Of a stretch of DNA of 64,000 nt, positions 22,198-32,281 are shown piece by piece. How positions within the stretch are numbered: position 1 is the first letter of the stretch; every line of letters starts with the position of its first letter. The translations under genes and the position numbers were made by a program. The notes beneath the pieces are model-generated. The model saw only the letters and a program-made list of their open reading frames with translations, did no database searches and was not told the origin of the DNA. This stretch comes from a virus. The stretch lies in IMG/VR virus record IMGVR_UViG_3300031215_000012, positions 2,966 through 66,965 of that record, one strand, 5' to 3'.

Positions 22198-22891
22198 TCT
22201 TAAAAAATTTACTGTTGTATGAATCTAATTCAATATTGTTTGTTTTTTTATAATTGTTCCAATAATGAATACCTATTGAATTTTTTGTTGATACTAATTG
22301 ATTTATTCTTTTTTTATCCCAAGGATAATATGGACACATTTCACTAAAGGATAATAATCGCAATCTATCACTACTTTTATATGAACCATCTGATATTTTT
22401 TGTATGGAGAATTTACCAAATATTTTTTCTGCTGTTTTACCCCACCATTGTGGTGGAACCCAACTATCAATATCTAAATCATCTTTCTTGTTGTAATTAT
22501 TATATACATCTAATAGACTTTTTATAAATCTACTTCGTGGTATAGTACCTATAAAAAAACTACTAATATAATAATCTGTTTCTTTAGGTAATATTAATTC
22601 AAACGAATTCCATTCTTTAGGAATTGGTTTAATTAGTTCAACATCTGTGTCTATATAAATCCCACCTTCTTTATAAAGAACACAAAGTCTAATATAATCA
22701 GCAACTGCCCAATATAACTTCTTTTCCATACAAACTTCTAAGAAATCATTAGTGGGTACATCCTTTTCTGACCAAAATTTAACTTTATAGTCTTTATTGT
22801 TTTTTTCGGTAGTTTCCTTCCATTGTTTTTCTATTTCTGGTATTGTGTCATATTCACCAACCCAAATATAATGTAATTTCTTTGGAATCAT
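22190..22891 (-). CDS. glycosyltransferase family 32 (DXD, OCH1-like)
   Basis: MIPKKLHYIWVG, ADYIRL..LY.EGGIYIDTDVE. Confidence 0.9.
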   Translation of the reverse strand: MIPKKLHYIWVGEYDTIPEIEKQWKETTEKNNKDYKVKFWSEKDVPTNDFLEVCMEKKLYWAVADYIRLCVLYKEGGIYIDTDVELIKPIPKEWNSFELILPKETDYYISSFFIGTIPRSRFIKSLLDVYNNYNKKDDLDIDSWVPPQWWGKTAEKIFGKFSIQKISDGSYKSSDRLRLLSFSEMCPYYPWDKKRINQLVSTKNSIGIHYWNNYKKTNNIELDSYNSKFFKNE

Positions 22892-22950
22892 TAAAATAAG
22901 TTTTTCGTAATGACTGTTTATTATTAAATGTAAAAAAATGTTGATATATT

Positions 22951-23262
22951 TTAAACGAATGGGTTATTGTGACTAACTAAAGTTTTAAACATAGTTTCAT
23001 ATACACCAATTTTATTATCTATTGCAGTATAAATATCATCTGGTAGTTCGAACCACTCACCATGTACTCTATAATCTTTATAATATTGATGTAAATTTCT
23101 TTCTACTTTAGATGCGTGTTCAACTTCCCTTTCATATAAAAGAGTGAGTTTAGAACTGGACCCAGTTTGTAATTGTTTAACCCTCTTTGTTGCATTTTTA
23201 CTGATGCCAATTTTAATATGGTCGTTGTCTTCGTTAAGTATCAAATAAATGCTTCGTGTCAT
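22951..23262 (-). CDS. GIY-YIG domain protein (T5orf172/MUG113-like)
   Basis: IYLI, IKIGIS, RVKQLQTG, E..LH, GEWF. Confidence 0.85.
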   Translation of the reverse strand: MTRSIYLILNEDNDHIKIGISKNATKRVKQLQTGSSSKLTLLYEREVEHASKVERNLHQYYKDYRVHGEWFELPDDIYTAIDNKIGVYETMFKTLVSHNNPFV

Positions 23263-23423
23263 GAATTTATTTAATGCCCTAAAAAAAGTCTATTCAGAAA
23301 CTAGTTTTTGTTTTCGCTTTTACTTCTTTTTGAGCAAAAAGTAAGGGGAAATAGTAGCGATACATTTCCCCTTTAAACATGGTCGAAACCACACCGGTCC
23401 TAAAAATCGGTTTGTATTAAATA

Positions 23424-24080
23424 TTATTTTACTTTTGTGAATTTTTCAGGTCTTCCTGCCCATGTCATTAGACCATTCTTTTTATCTTGCCATTCAATAT
23501 GGATCATATCAAATGATGGCCTTCTTTTACCACCAATAAACATTCCAGGAATGTCTTTATGTATTTCTGTAACTTTTGCTTCTTGTCTTTTAGTGACATC
23601 TGCAGTTACTTTATCACCAACTTTAAAATCATCAACTTTTGATTCGTTTAGGTTTTCTTTAAGTTTTGCTAATTTTTTCTTAGCTTCCTCTATATCACCT
23701 TGAATCAATTTCTTTCTTTTAGGGTTTTCTTCATGACTTAAATCATTATTAAGGTCAATAATATATTGTGACATATTATTCATATCTCTTTGTTTTCCTT
23801 CGTTTACGGATTCTTCTAAACCTGCAATTCTAACATTAACCTCGGAATCTTTCCAATATTTCCAATGTTTACCTTTAGGAGTTTTCTTATCGAACTTATC
23901 AACTAAGTCATCAATTCCAGTTGAATAAGAATTACCTACTATCATAAGTTTTTTCAATTCATCAACAGAAACCTCTTTAACTTCTTTTTTGTTCTTGTCT
24001 AAGATAGTAAATTTTTTACCATCAGAAGATTTGATATAATGATCCATACCTTCATTTAAAAATTCGTTTAGTCCTTTCAT
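23424..24080 (-). CDS. putative internal head protein with capsid-targeting N-terminus
   Basis: Starts MKGLNEFLNE; internal VNEG/LNES protease-like sites. Confidence 0.55.
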   Translation of the reverse strand: MKGLNEFLNEGMDHYIKSSDGKKFTILDKNKKEVKEVSVDELKKLMIVGNSYSTGIDDLVDKFDKKTPKGKHWKYWKDSEVNVRIAGLEESVNEGKQRDMNNMSQYIIDLNNDLSHEENPKRKKLIQGDIEEAKKKLAKLKENLNESKVDDFKVGDKVTADVTKRQEAKVTEIHKDIPGMFIGGKRRPSFDMIHIEWQDKKNGLMTWAGRPEKFTKVK

Positions 24081-24102
24081 TTGTATATATTTCTTTTCTT
24101 AT

Positions 24103-24381
24103 TTAACCTTCTAAATTGTGATATATTTCTTCTAATGATGTTTTTTCCGTGATTAAATCAGATGATTTATTCCATTTAATACCTCTTTCGTTGAGAACCC
24201 CAACAAATCCACTACAAACTTTATTTGGATTGCTATGACAAGCCCAAACTTTACCTGTTTCTTGTTGCCATTTCAACATATTACTATATGACGGTAAACA
24301 ACCATACGAATCTACCAGTTCTCCCTCTTCTGTGTGAGGATGAATGGGACAACTTTTGCATTGACCTTTGTAATTACACAT
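24103..24381 (-). CDS. Cys-rich hypothetical protein
   Basis: CKSCP, YGCLPS, WACHS..CSG. Confidence 0.55.
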   Translation of the reverse strand: MCNYKGQCKSCPIHPHTEEGELVDSYGCLPSYSNMLKWQQETGKVWACHSNPNKVCSGFVGVLNERGIKWNKSSDLITEKTSLEEIYHNLEG

Positions 24382-24382
24382 A

Positions 24383-24646
24383 TTATTTGATTATTTGGTT
24401 ATACATATCTGCTGCTATATTAGCAATTTCACTCTTAAATGCTACTTTTATATCTTTTGGTAGATGTCCAGCATATTTTTCAACAACTGAGTGTGCCCTT
24501 AATCCCATAATCATACCATTGGCATTTTCTTTGGAATCATGTAAACTTACAGCCACATAACCGGATTTTATCAGTTTATTGACATTAGATTTGACGACTT
24601 TTATTGCAGTGAACTCTCCGTTCTTTGATATTACACAATATTTCAT
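24383..24646 (-). CDS. hypothetical early protein
   Basis: Directly follows promoter/leader cassette. Confidence 0.55.
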   Translation of the reverse strand: MKYCVISKNGEFTAIKVVKSNVNKLIKSGYVAVSLHDSKENANGMIMGLRAHSVVEKYAGHLPKDIKVAFKSEIANIAADMYNQIIK

Positions 24647-24725
24647 AGTAGTAATTTAAGTTAAACGTGGTAAGGTTTATCCCCACCGACAACACTAAGA
24701 TAAACAATAAAACCGATAAATCAAA
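24647..24725 (-). promoter_or_regulatory. Bacteroidota-type early promoter plus hairpin leader
   Basis: TTTG-N19-TATCTTAG then GGTGGGG..CCTTACC hairpin. Confidence 0.75.
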
Positions 24726-24830
24726 GAAATATCGGTTTTATTTTCAAACTATTTTAAGTATTATGACTTTTTCAAGTTCTTGATACTTTGCTTTGTCCAC
24801 TTTTACACTTTCACTTGAACCATCATTCAA

Positions 24831-25076
24831 TTATAATCCTTCTTTTAGTCCGTCTATTTCTTTTTTAGTAGATGGTGCTATCTCAGCATCCTTGTGTTTC
24901 TTTGGATTGTATTTTACCAATTCATCAACATTAACGTTTCCATCAGCATCAGTTTTCACTTCACCCTTTTCTTCTCCTAATCTAACAATACCAACAGTAT
25001 TTGTTCTTGTGTTGTAAACAACGGCACCTACTTTGAAACCTTTACTCTCGTTTAAAAATTCACTTATTCCTTTCAT
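24831..25076 (-). CDS. putative internal head protein (capsid-targeting N-terminus)
   Basis: MKGISEFLNE start; SH3-like body. Confidence 0.55.
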   Translation of the reverse strand: MKGISEFLNESKGFKVGAVVYNTRTNTVGIVRLGEEKGEVKTDADGNVNVDELVKYNPKKHKDAEIAPSTKKEIDGLKEGL

Positions 25077-25130
25077 GTGTATAATTTATTTTTTTTATTT
25101 AATTTATTTAATCTATTTAATCCACAAGGA

Positions 25131-25676
25131 TTATTTTATTTTCCTGTATATGATGTCAAGTTCACCATATTTCGCTGCAAACTTCCCACCTTCATCATAT
25201 TGTGGATCAAATGCATCTCTATCATATTCTTTAAATCCTAAACTTGAATACAAGTCAGATAATTTAGGAATATCAAAATGGTCTAAGAATGTTCCACCAT
25301 TTGCAATGGCAGTTTTCATCAAATCAACACCGATTCCTCTTATACTTGGTTCGTTGTTGTGTACTGCAACAATATCAGCATATTTTCCATCTTTTTTCTT
25401 CAAAGCAAATCCAATGTTGTAACCTTTCAATTTGAAAAGTTTCATTTTCTTTAACTCACCAACACTATAATCTGTAAGCATTTCTTTGTGTTTTGATTTA
25501 CTCAATGAATCCTTGAATTCCTTTGCTCCTGTTTCAAATTCACCTTTCTTTAACATGTCTAATATCACTGGGTCTGCTTTACCTTCATCTAATGTAAGAA
25601 AATCTTCCATCATCATGTGTAATGCAACTCTATTCTGAAATTTATGTGTTTCTACTACTTGTTGTATGTTTTTCAT
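25131..25676 (-). CDS. GNAT-like protein, probably virion-packaged
   Basis: VHNNE..RGIG..LM..AI..GG..LD.FD..L..LYS.LGF; N-terminus MKNIQQVVE. Confidence 0.55.
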   Translation of the reverse strand: MKNIQQVVETHKFQNRVALHMMMEDFLTLDEGKADPVILDMLKKGEFETGAKEFKDSLSKSKHKEMLTDYSVGELKKMKLFKLKGYNIGFALKKKDGKYADIVAVHNNEPSIRGIGVDLMKTAIANGGTFLDHFDIPKLSDLYSSLGFKEYDRDAFDPQYDEGGKFAAKYGELDIIYRKIK

Positions 25677-26465
25677 CTATATAAATATATTTTTCATTAC
25701 TCTATTTAATTCAAGTAATTTGATATAATTCACATTGTCACCATCAATGAATAGTTTTCTATTCACTTCAATCATTATACTATTAATATTAACATTTTTC
25801 TTGTAATATTTCAATGGTACAATAGTTCCACCATAAGGATTATTAATCTTTACAGAATATCCTAATCCTTCGAAATATGTTTTTAATTTCGTTGTTAACC
25901 ATTCTGGTGTATGAAAATCATCAGTTCCTAAACAAATATCTGGTCTATTATGTTCTTTAATCAAATCTGTTTCAAATGGTGTATCACTAAAAGAATGACA
26001 ATCAATAATAGTTGCAACCCCTTGATTGTCTAATGCTTCTTCAACCGCATTGTTCAATTCAGTGTGGTGAGCGTTATAAACCACTTGTACGGCATTTTTG
26101 ATTGCTTCTGTACGCAAATCTCTTCCATCATCTGTTTTCGTGTAGAAGAACCCTCTACCACAATCAAACATCACTTCATCAGCATCTGGAAGTCTTTCGA
26201 CATCACAAAATATTCTATTGTATGGGAATTGTACCTTTTTTACATCTATTCCTATGTCAAAAATGACATCGGTACCAATATCTGTTAGTTTCACAATTTC
26301 TTTATTGATCTCTTCGTTTGAGATCAAATAATCGTGTCTTGTTGGAATATTCACACTTGCATGTGGAATATGGAATACTAAACTTTTCCTAAAATCATAA
26401 GAAAGGAAGTCATCATCCAATAGTGACAATCCGTGGATTGTTGTGTTTTTTATATCTTTATTCAT
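25677..26465 (-). CDS. N-formylglutamate amidohydrolase family protein
   Basis: HIPHAS, TD, R.FCDVER, DCHSF, RPDICLG, N.PYGG, MIEVNR. Confidence 0.85.
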   Translation of the reverse strand: MNKDIKNTTIHGLSLLDDDFLSYDFRKSLVFHIPHASVNIPTRHDYLISNEEINKEIVKLTDIGTDVIFDIGIDVKKVQFPYNRIFCDVERLPDADEVMFDCGRGFFYTKTDDGRDLRTEAIKNAVQVVYNAHHTELNNAVEEALDNQGVATIIDCHSFSDTPFETDLIKEHNRPDICLGTDDFHTPEWLTTKLKTYFEGLGYSVKINNPYGGTIVPLKYYKKNVNINSIMIEVNRKLFIDGDNVNYIKLLELNRVMKNIFI

Positions 26466-26531
26466 AGTTTCTCTCTTGTTTAAGTGTGAACATCACACCC
26501 TAATATACTAATTAAATTCGATAAAACCTAA
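26466..26531 (-). promoter_or_regulatory. Bacteroidota-type early promoter
   Basis: TTAG-N20-TATATTAG with GTGTG..CACAC leader hairpin. Confidence 0.6.
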
Positions 26532-26550
26532 TTTTATTTTAATTATTTTC

Positions 26551-26582
26551 AAAAAAACCCTATCAAGTTAATGATAGGGTTA
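26551..26582 (-). terminator. terminator after nrdA
   Basis: aaccctatca-loop-tgatagggtt plus U-tract; near copy of 21259. Confidence 0.8.
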
Positions 26583-26605
26583 AGTTATTTGTATTTAATT
26601 AGTTA

Positions 26606-27742
26606 CTAAGCACCACATCCACCACCACCAAGAGCACAACTATCACCAGAATTGTTACCACCATCAAAAATAGATGATGTATTAACAACTTTAGCTTCAC
26701 TAATATTATCTGACGCTGAAAGTTTCTTATTCCCAGTAATTTTAGATTTTGTTCTTGTGTAATATGCACCTGTTTTTAATCCTTGTTTCCAAGCATACAT
26801 TAACGCACTTGAAATCTTAGAGTATTTAGCATCTGGGTGATAAACATTCAATGATTGTGATTGGTCAACATATTTATTTCTAATAACAGACAAATCTAAT
26901 AATACTTTTTGAGATATTTCCCATACAGTTTTGTATCTAAATCTTACATCTTCTGGTATTTCAATAATATCTTGTACACTACCTTCTTTTGATATAATCT
27001 TATTTCTAATATCCTCAGACCATAAATCTAATTCGATTAGTTCCTTAACAAGGTATTTGTTTACTACTATAAATTCTCCATCTCCAACCATTCTTGTGAA
27101 TACATTAGATGTAATAGGTTCGAAACATTCGAATGCTCCCAATAATATAGCACTTGATGCTGTTGGCATTAATGCCAATAACAATGAATTTTTCATTGGT
27201 ATCGGTTTTCCTGGTTCTAATGGTGACCATCCTTCTATGTAAGTTTCACCTTTTGAATACTTAGAACCTTCCCAAGCAGGATAATTTTCGCCAGTTTCAA
27301 CAGCAAGATTCATACTTTCTGTAAGTGCCGCCTTGTACATTGCTTCAAATATCTGTTCATTCCATACTTTTGCTTCTTCTGATTCAAAAGATATTTTCTT
27401 TTTTGCAAAGAAATCTGCTAATCCGGCAACACCAATTGCAATTGCTCTTTGTTCTTCACCAGCTTTTTTACTCCAATCATCAGACCATTTGTTGTTATTG
27501 ATAACTTGGTTTAATGCTCTAACTAATACTTTAACAGATTTTGCAATTGACTTAATGTTATCGTGTTCTGCTAAGTTTACTGATGCAAGTGTACATTGTG
27601 GTGTATATTCTGGTTTTGATGCTTGCATAATCTCAATACAGTTATGTACTAATATATCATTAGCATAAAAGTTGTGATTACTCTGAACGGTTATATCATA
27701 AACTTGTTCAGTTTTTTTAAGTTTTTTTATTTTTAGTCCCAT
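26606..27742 (-). CDS. nrdA: class Ia ribonucleotide reductase alpha, C-terminal half fused to 34-aa C-intein
   Basis: VYDITVQSNHNFYANDILVHN|CIEI; CTLASVNL, MPTASS, DQSQSLN, GLKTGAYY, C-terminal Cys pair. Confidence 0.92.
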   Translation of the reverse strand: MGLKIKKLKKTEQVYDITVQSNHNFYANDILVHNCIEIMQASKPEYTPQCTLASVNLAEHDNIKSIAKSVKVLVRALNQVINNNKWSDDWSKKAGEEQRAIAIGVAGLADFFAKKKISFESEEAKVWNEQIFEAMYKAALTESMNLAVETGENYPAWEGSKYSKGETYIEGWSPLEPGKPIPMKNSLLLALMPTASSAILLGAFECFEPITSNVFTRMVGDGEFIVVNKYLVKELIELDLWSEDIRNKIISKEGSVQDIIEIPEDVRFRYKTVWEISQKVLLDLSVIRNKYVDQSQSLNVYHPDAKYSKISSALMYAWKQGLKTGAYYTRTKSKITGNKKLSASDNISEAKVVNTSSIFDGGNNSGDSCALGGGGCGA

Positions 27743-27974
27743 AATAATTTAAAATATTATATTTAATTTGTTTCACATCAGAAAGTATATCTTCTAAATA
27801 TACATATTTCCATTTTTTAATATTGCAGTATTTAATACCTGCTTCTTTTTTTAGTTGTTCGTTTTTATATCCATCTTCTCCATTAACAAACCCTTTAATG
27901 TCTAATAAGTATTTTTTGTCATCTATTATTAAAAGAAAATCTGGTAAATAATATATATTATCTTCTTTTTTCAA
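27717..27974 (-). pseudogene. truncated PD-(D/E)XK homing endonuclease remnant between nrdA halves
   Basis: YLPDF...LDIKG motif, TTG start, N-terminal part missing. Confidence 0.65.
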
Positions 27975-27990
27975 AACAGAACAAACAAAC

Positions 27991-29478
27991 TTATGAGTTG
28001 CTAACTATGTCTAAGACATCATATTCTAATAAGTCTTTTGCCATGACATATCCACGATTCTTTGTGAAAATTTTATGTTCTGGTGTACATCTTATCGTCT
28101 TACCCGTGTCCTCGTCCTCTATTTCCATAATTTTTGCATCTTCATTCATAAGAGCACCTGCAGTTATTAATTTATATTCTACTGTGTCTTTTTGAATGTC
28201 TTTTGATTTCACAAATATTTGTTCTCCTTGGTTGTATAATTCAACTATTTCAGAAATCTCCATTTTTTTGTAGATATTATTAATCTTTACCTCTAATATA
28301 GAATCACCTGACAAACAAAGATTACTTTGTGCAATAACACCAATGTTATCTTGCATGTTGATTTTATTTGCATTGTCCTTATAAAATACATAAGGTGTTC
28401 CTGATTCAACTTGTGAACGAATGATTGCATCCCATATTTTTCTTGGGTCAATTTGTGTTCCAATACCTAAATCAATTGCTTTTTGATAGTGTTCTTTGAA
28501 TTCAACACCGTGGATTTCGTGAAACGCTGTTAAACCGTTTTCTTTGATTTCATTAGGACAAAATAAGTAATAAGGTGTTCCATTACTTAATGCTTCCATA
28601 AAAACATCATCAATAGTAACTGCAGTAAACAAATCTCTTGCTCTGTTTAGTTCTTCTCCAATTGGCAATCTTAGTTCTAAGAATTCTAAAATATCTCTGT
28701 GCCAAGTTGATAAGTATAATGCACACGAACCAGAACGATTTCCTTGTTTATAGAATCTCATGTGAGATTGAACCATGTCAGCGAACCTTACAACACCACC
28801 AGCATATCCTTTGAATGATTTAACAAGACTTCTTGAACTTCTTATCCTGTCGATATTCAATCCAATTCCAGAACCCTCTTTTGACCCGTGTGAAATCTTA
28901 TCAAGTGTTTCATTAATACCTTCAATAGAATCATCTTTAAGTGTTGTAAGGTTACAAGAAATTAATCCATTTCTACCGTCAATACCCGCGTTTGATAAAA
29001 TAGGTGTTGCAAAGTTTATTTTCTTTTCATATAATTCATCTAACAACATTCTTCTTTCTTTGAATGAATTTGGCCATAAATGTGTTGCAACCCTGTTGTG
29101 CATCATTGATGGTATTTCTACTGGTGTTCCTTTGTCACCTTTTTTAGAATATTTTGTAAGAAATGTAGAAGCAGCAAACGAATCAAATTTATCATCTACT
29201 AATTTGTGTTCTACCTCTAACAATTTAGATTGTCTTGAAATAAGAATTCTCCCACCTAATAATGCATAATCAGGGTGTTCAATCTGCAAATCAGCAGCTT
29301 GGAAGGCAATGATTTCATCAATGTCTGTTGCTGTCATACCATCTGTAATGTGTGGTACAACTCTTTGAAATAACTTATCAGGGTTAACTTGCAATCCTTT
29401 AGATTGTTGTTTAAGTCTTGTTAAGATTTTATTTGGTTGAAACGATTGTCGTTTTCCAGACCTTTTTATGATTTTCAT
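27991..29478 (-). CDS. nrdA: class Ia ribonucleotide reductase alpha, N-terminal half fused to 108-aa N-intein
   Basis: ATP cone, ATPIL.NAG, LISC, GIG, ESGTPY, QSNL|CLSGD..., block B CTPEHKIFT, then TAA. Confidence 0.92.
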   Translation of the reverse strand: MKIIKRSGKRQSFQPNKILTRLKQQSKGLQVNPDKLFQRVVPHITDGMTATDIDEIIAFQAADLQIEHPDYALLGGRILISRQSKLLEVEHKLVDDKFDSFAASTFLTKYSKKGDKGTPVEIPSMMHNRVATHLWPNSFKERRMLLDELYEKKINFATPILSNAGIDGRNGLISCNLTTLKDDSIEGINETLDKISHGSKEGSGIGLNIDRIRSSRSLVKSFKGYAGGVVRFADMVQSHMRFYKQGNRSGSCALYLSTWHRDILEFLELRLPIGEELNRARDLFTAVTIDDVFMEALSNGTPYYLFCPNEIKENGLTAFHEIHGVEFKEHYQKAIDLGIGTQIDPRKIWDAIIRSQVESGTPYVFYKDNANKINMQDNIGVIAQSNLCLSGDSILEVKINNIYKKMEISEIVELYNQGEQIFVKSKDIQKDTVEYKLITAGALMNEDAKIMEIEDEDTGKTIRCTPEHKIFTKNRGYVMAKDLLEYDVLDIVSNS

Positions 29479-29547
29479 AATATTTTATATTAAATTTATT
29501 TTTTGGTTTTTTGATGTGGTTATAGAAAGTAGTAGTACCAATATTCA

Positions 29548-30504
29548 TTAGAATTCATCATCAAATATACCTTCGTTTGTAGTTGGTATATCAACTCTTG
29601 TGTAACCTCCACCTGTTCTTCTTTCAAAGAAATTGTTTTTGTTATCTAACCCTATTTTTTTCATATAATCTAATGGGTTTCTTGTTTTGAAATGTATATC
29701 ATCTGTGAAATCGTTCATAACAACATCAACAACAAATTCAACGTATTGTAACATCATTTCTTTTGTTAAACCGGGTAACCCATCAGGTAAACTTTCTTGT
29801 ACAAATCTTTTTTCTGTTTCATAACATGATAATATGATTTCAGTAATTCTTTCTTTAGATGGTTTGAATTCATCTTTAACATATTTCTTGAACATTTGTA
29901 GTGCGAATTCATAGTGGAAACTTTCATCTTTAAGAATCAATGTATTCATCTCAGCAAGTCCAGGCATCTTGTTTCTACTTCTGAAATAAAATACACCAGC
30001 GAATACAGATGAAAATGCAATACCTTCAACACAAGCGAACGCTATAAGTTTTTCAACAAATGTACCGTTGTTTAACCAACTTTCAGCCCATTCTGCTTTT
30101 TCTCTAACTGCCACATTAGTTTTCATTGAATCAAATAATTCAGCTTGTTCTGCTGGGTCTTTGATATACGTATCAATCAATAATGAATATCCATTTGCAT
30201 GAACTTGTTCCATAAATGCTTGATGTGTATAGTAATACTTTGCTTCTTCAATATCAACAGCATCTATTACATTAGAACAAAGGTTTTCTATTACCAATCC
30301 ATCTGAAATTGTGAAAAATGCTAAAATGTTTTTTAGATAAAATTTTTCGTCATTACTTAACTCATCGTATTTGTCTTGTGCAAGGTTAACTTCTTCAGCA
30401 ACCCATGTTTGTTTTTCAGCAGACTTATAAGCATCCCATAAGTCTTGATTTTTAATTGGGAAAATTGAATATCTCTTTTCCGTGTCTGAATTTTTTAAGT
30501 ACAT
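29548..30504 (-). CDS. nrdB: ribonucleotide reductase beta subunit
   Basis: W.AEEV, EQVHANGY, VEGI.FSS.F, DES.H, NFFERR. Confidence 0.95.
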   Translation of the reverse strand: MYLKNSDTEKRYSIFPIKNQDLWDAYKSAEKQTWVAEEVNLAQDKYDELSNDEKFYLKNILAFFTISDGLVIENLCSNVIDAVDIEEAKYYYTHQAFMEQVHANGYSLLIDTYIKDPAEQAELFDSMKTNVAVREKAEWAESWLNNGTFVEKLIAFACVEGIAFSSVFAGVFYFRSRNKMPGLAEMNTLILKDESFHYEFALQMFKKYVKDEFKPSKERITEIILSCYETEKRFVQESLPDGLPGLTKEMMLQYVEFVVDVVMNDFTDDIHFKTRNPLDYMKKIGLDNKNNFFERRTGGGYTRVDIPTTNEGIFDDEF

Positions 30505-30528
30505 ATTTTTTCTTTTTTTTTAATCGAA

Positions 30529-30798
30529 TTAATTCGACATTACAATTTTTTGAATTAGTTGAACAACTACATCTGGTGTTGAATCATACTTATCTCTAAG
30601 TTCATCAAGAAATTTCAATTCCGATTCTCTGGCGTTTTCAAGTTCTTTAAGTTCATAAGTAATTTTATTATTTAGTTCATATAATTCATCTTTATACTTT
30701 GATACTTTTTCTGCTCGGTTTCTATATTCCTGAGCAAATTTTAATACTCTTTGTTCGTCTTCTTTACTTATCATACTATTATTTGTTAAATGATGCAA
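30529..30798 (-). CDS. coiled-coil hypothetical protein
   Basis: 89-aa ORF; start likely MISKEDE. Confidence 0.5.
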   Translation of the reverse strand: MHHLTNNSMISKEDEQRVLKFAQEYRNRAEKVSKYKDELYELNNKITYELKELENARESELKFLDELRDKYDSTPDVVVQLIQKIVMSN

Positions 30799-31645
30799 AT
30801 GCTTCGTTTATTTCCCCACTCAGATCAGTACATTTTATGAACTCATCTGTTTTTCTTTTGTATTTTTCACTCGATGTGCTTATAATCCAACATTCACCTG
30901 GTTTTAATCCTGTTAATTCACAAGCCATTTTTTGATACCCATATAATTGTGCTGAATATTTTGAGTGATTACAATCTGGTTGGTTTTGAAATGGGTGATA
31001 CATTTTTTTACCCATGAATCCTGACATATCAATTTTTTTATTCGTTTTATAATCTAAAACATGAATAATTCCTTTATCAAAGATAGGTAAATCAATTAAT
31101 CCACAAAGTTCTTTTTCATGATTCCATACCATTATTTCTGGAACTACGCAAACATCGTCTTTTGTAATATCAAGGATTGTTTTATTCATATATGGATAGT
31201 ATTTACCATTCCAAGTAATTCCATTTTCAATTACGTCTTTTTCTCTCAAGTCGTGTTCAATGGACCCATCTGTACTGGACTTTTCCCATTGGTCAAGATA
31301 AATCTGTCTTTGTTCTGGAAGTTTCTTTGATAAAACATCATTGTGTTTACACAATTTATCATAGAATAAATGAATTTTTGTCCACGATGTTCTACTTGGT
31401 TCGTGTAATTTACTTGTAATCAATGCTTTAAGTTTTTTCAGATCATTTACAGGTAAATGGTCTTTTATTGCCTTGTATCTTGCAGTCTTTTCAGCATCAA
31501 ATTTTTCATAAAACCCCCCAAGAAACGTTGTCATCCCTGTGTATTTCACACCATCTGCATTATAATATGCGTGTTCTTTTTCATAGAATATTAATCCTCC
31601 CCTATCTCTAAGGTCAATGTCTCTGCTTGGTAAAATATTACTCAT
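30779..31645 (-). CDS. PD-(D/E)XK exonuclease (RecB/Cas4-like)
   Basis: GSIEH, E..V, GLID, LDYKTN, QLYGY. Confidence 0.75.
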   Translation of the reverse strand: MSNILPSRDIDLRDRGGLIFYEKEHAYYNADGVKYTGMTTFLGGFYEKFDAEKTARYKAIKDHLPVNDLKKLKALITSKLHEPSRTSWTKIHLFYDKLCKHNDVLSKKLPEQRQIYLDQWEKSSTDGSIEHDLREKDVIENGITWNGKYYPYMNKTILDITKDDVCVVPEIMVWNHEKELCGLIDLPIFDKGIIHVLDYKTNKKIDMSGFMGKKMYHPFQNQPDCNHSKYSAQLYGYQKMACELTGLKPGECWIISTSSEKYKRKTDEFIKCTDLSGEINEAFASFNK

Positions 31646-31872
31646 TTATTTATTTCTTTAGTGAAAAATGTACAAAACTTAAAGAATTGATTTGTTGATA
31701 AATTAGTGTCTAAGGATTCAAATACTTTTCTACTTTTCATTCGTTTCTTATCATCAGAAACTAATATATAGTATTTATTGTTCCTTTTAACCATCTTTAT
31801 ACCAACACCGTTGTTTGTTACAAATTCGATTAATGCGTCGTCTTTAATTTTGTTTTTTGATGAATTCTTCAT
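31642..31872 (-). CDS. hypothetical protein
   Basis: 76-aa coupled ORF. Confidence 0.45.
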   Translation of the reverse strand: MKNSSKNKIKDDALIEFVTNNGVGIKMVKRNNKYYILVSDDKKRMKSRKVFESLDTNLSTNQFFKFCTFFTKEINK

Positions 31873-32218
31873 TTGTCTTTTCTATTGATTTTGAAATAAC
31901 CTCTTGAAATCTATTTAACTCTTCTTTCATAGCGTCCATCATCACTAAATTGTCATCGAATTTTAGTACTTCAAACATTTCAATCATTGTTGATAGTTTA
32001 GTTACTAAGATTATAAAATCAATTTTATTCTTATCAATAACTTCAAGCATATCTGTGTCTCCATTTTCTTGAAATATTTGAAGTTTAAATGTTATTTTTT
32101 CTATTGATTCTTTAATTGGTGATGATTTGATAACTCCTTCTAAATATTTTGTTAAAATTGATCCAGTGAATGCTCCTTCTATGTCGCCATTTTCGGTTTT
32201 CATGTGTGTTTGTTTCAT
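31844..32218 (-). CDS. hypothetical protein
   Basis: 124-aa ORF. Confidence 0.5.
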   Translation of the reverse strand: MKQTHMKTENGDIEGAFTGSILTKYLEGVIKSSPIKESIEKITFKLQIFQENGDTDMLEVIDKNKIDFIILVTKLSTMIEMFEVLKFDDNLVMMDAMKEELNRFQEVISKSIEKTNEEFIKKQN

Positions 32219-32281
32219 ATAATATTAAAGTTTAAAAATGACTTTAATATTTTAATTTATAGTGTGAAATATTTAATAAAG

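Noticed and set aside
30779-31645. Cas4 as evidence of a CRISPR system
   Set aside because: Solo RecB-like exonuclease common in phages; the four-Cys Fe-S pattern is not evident and no array is nearby.
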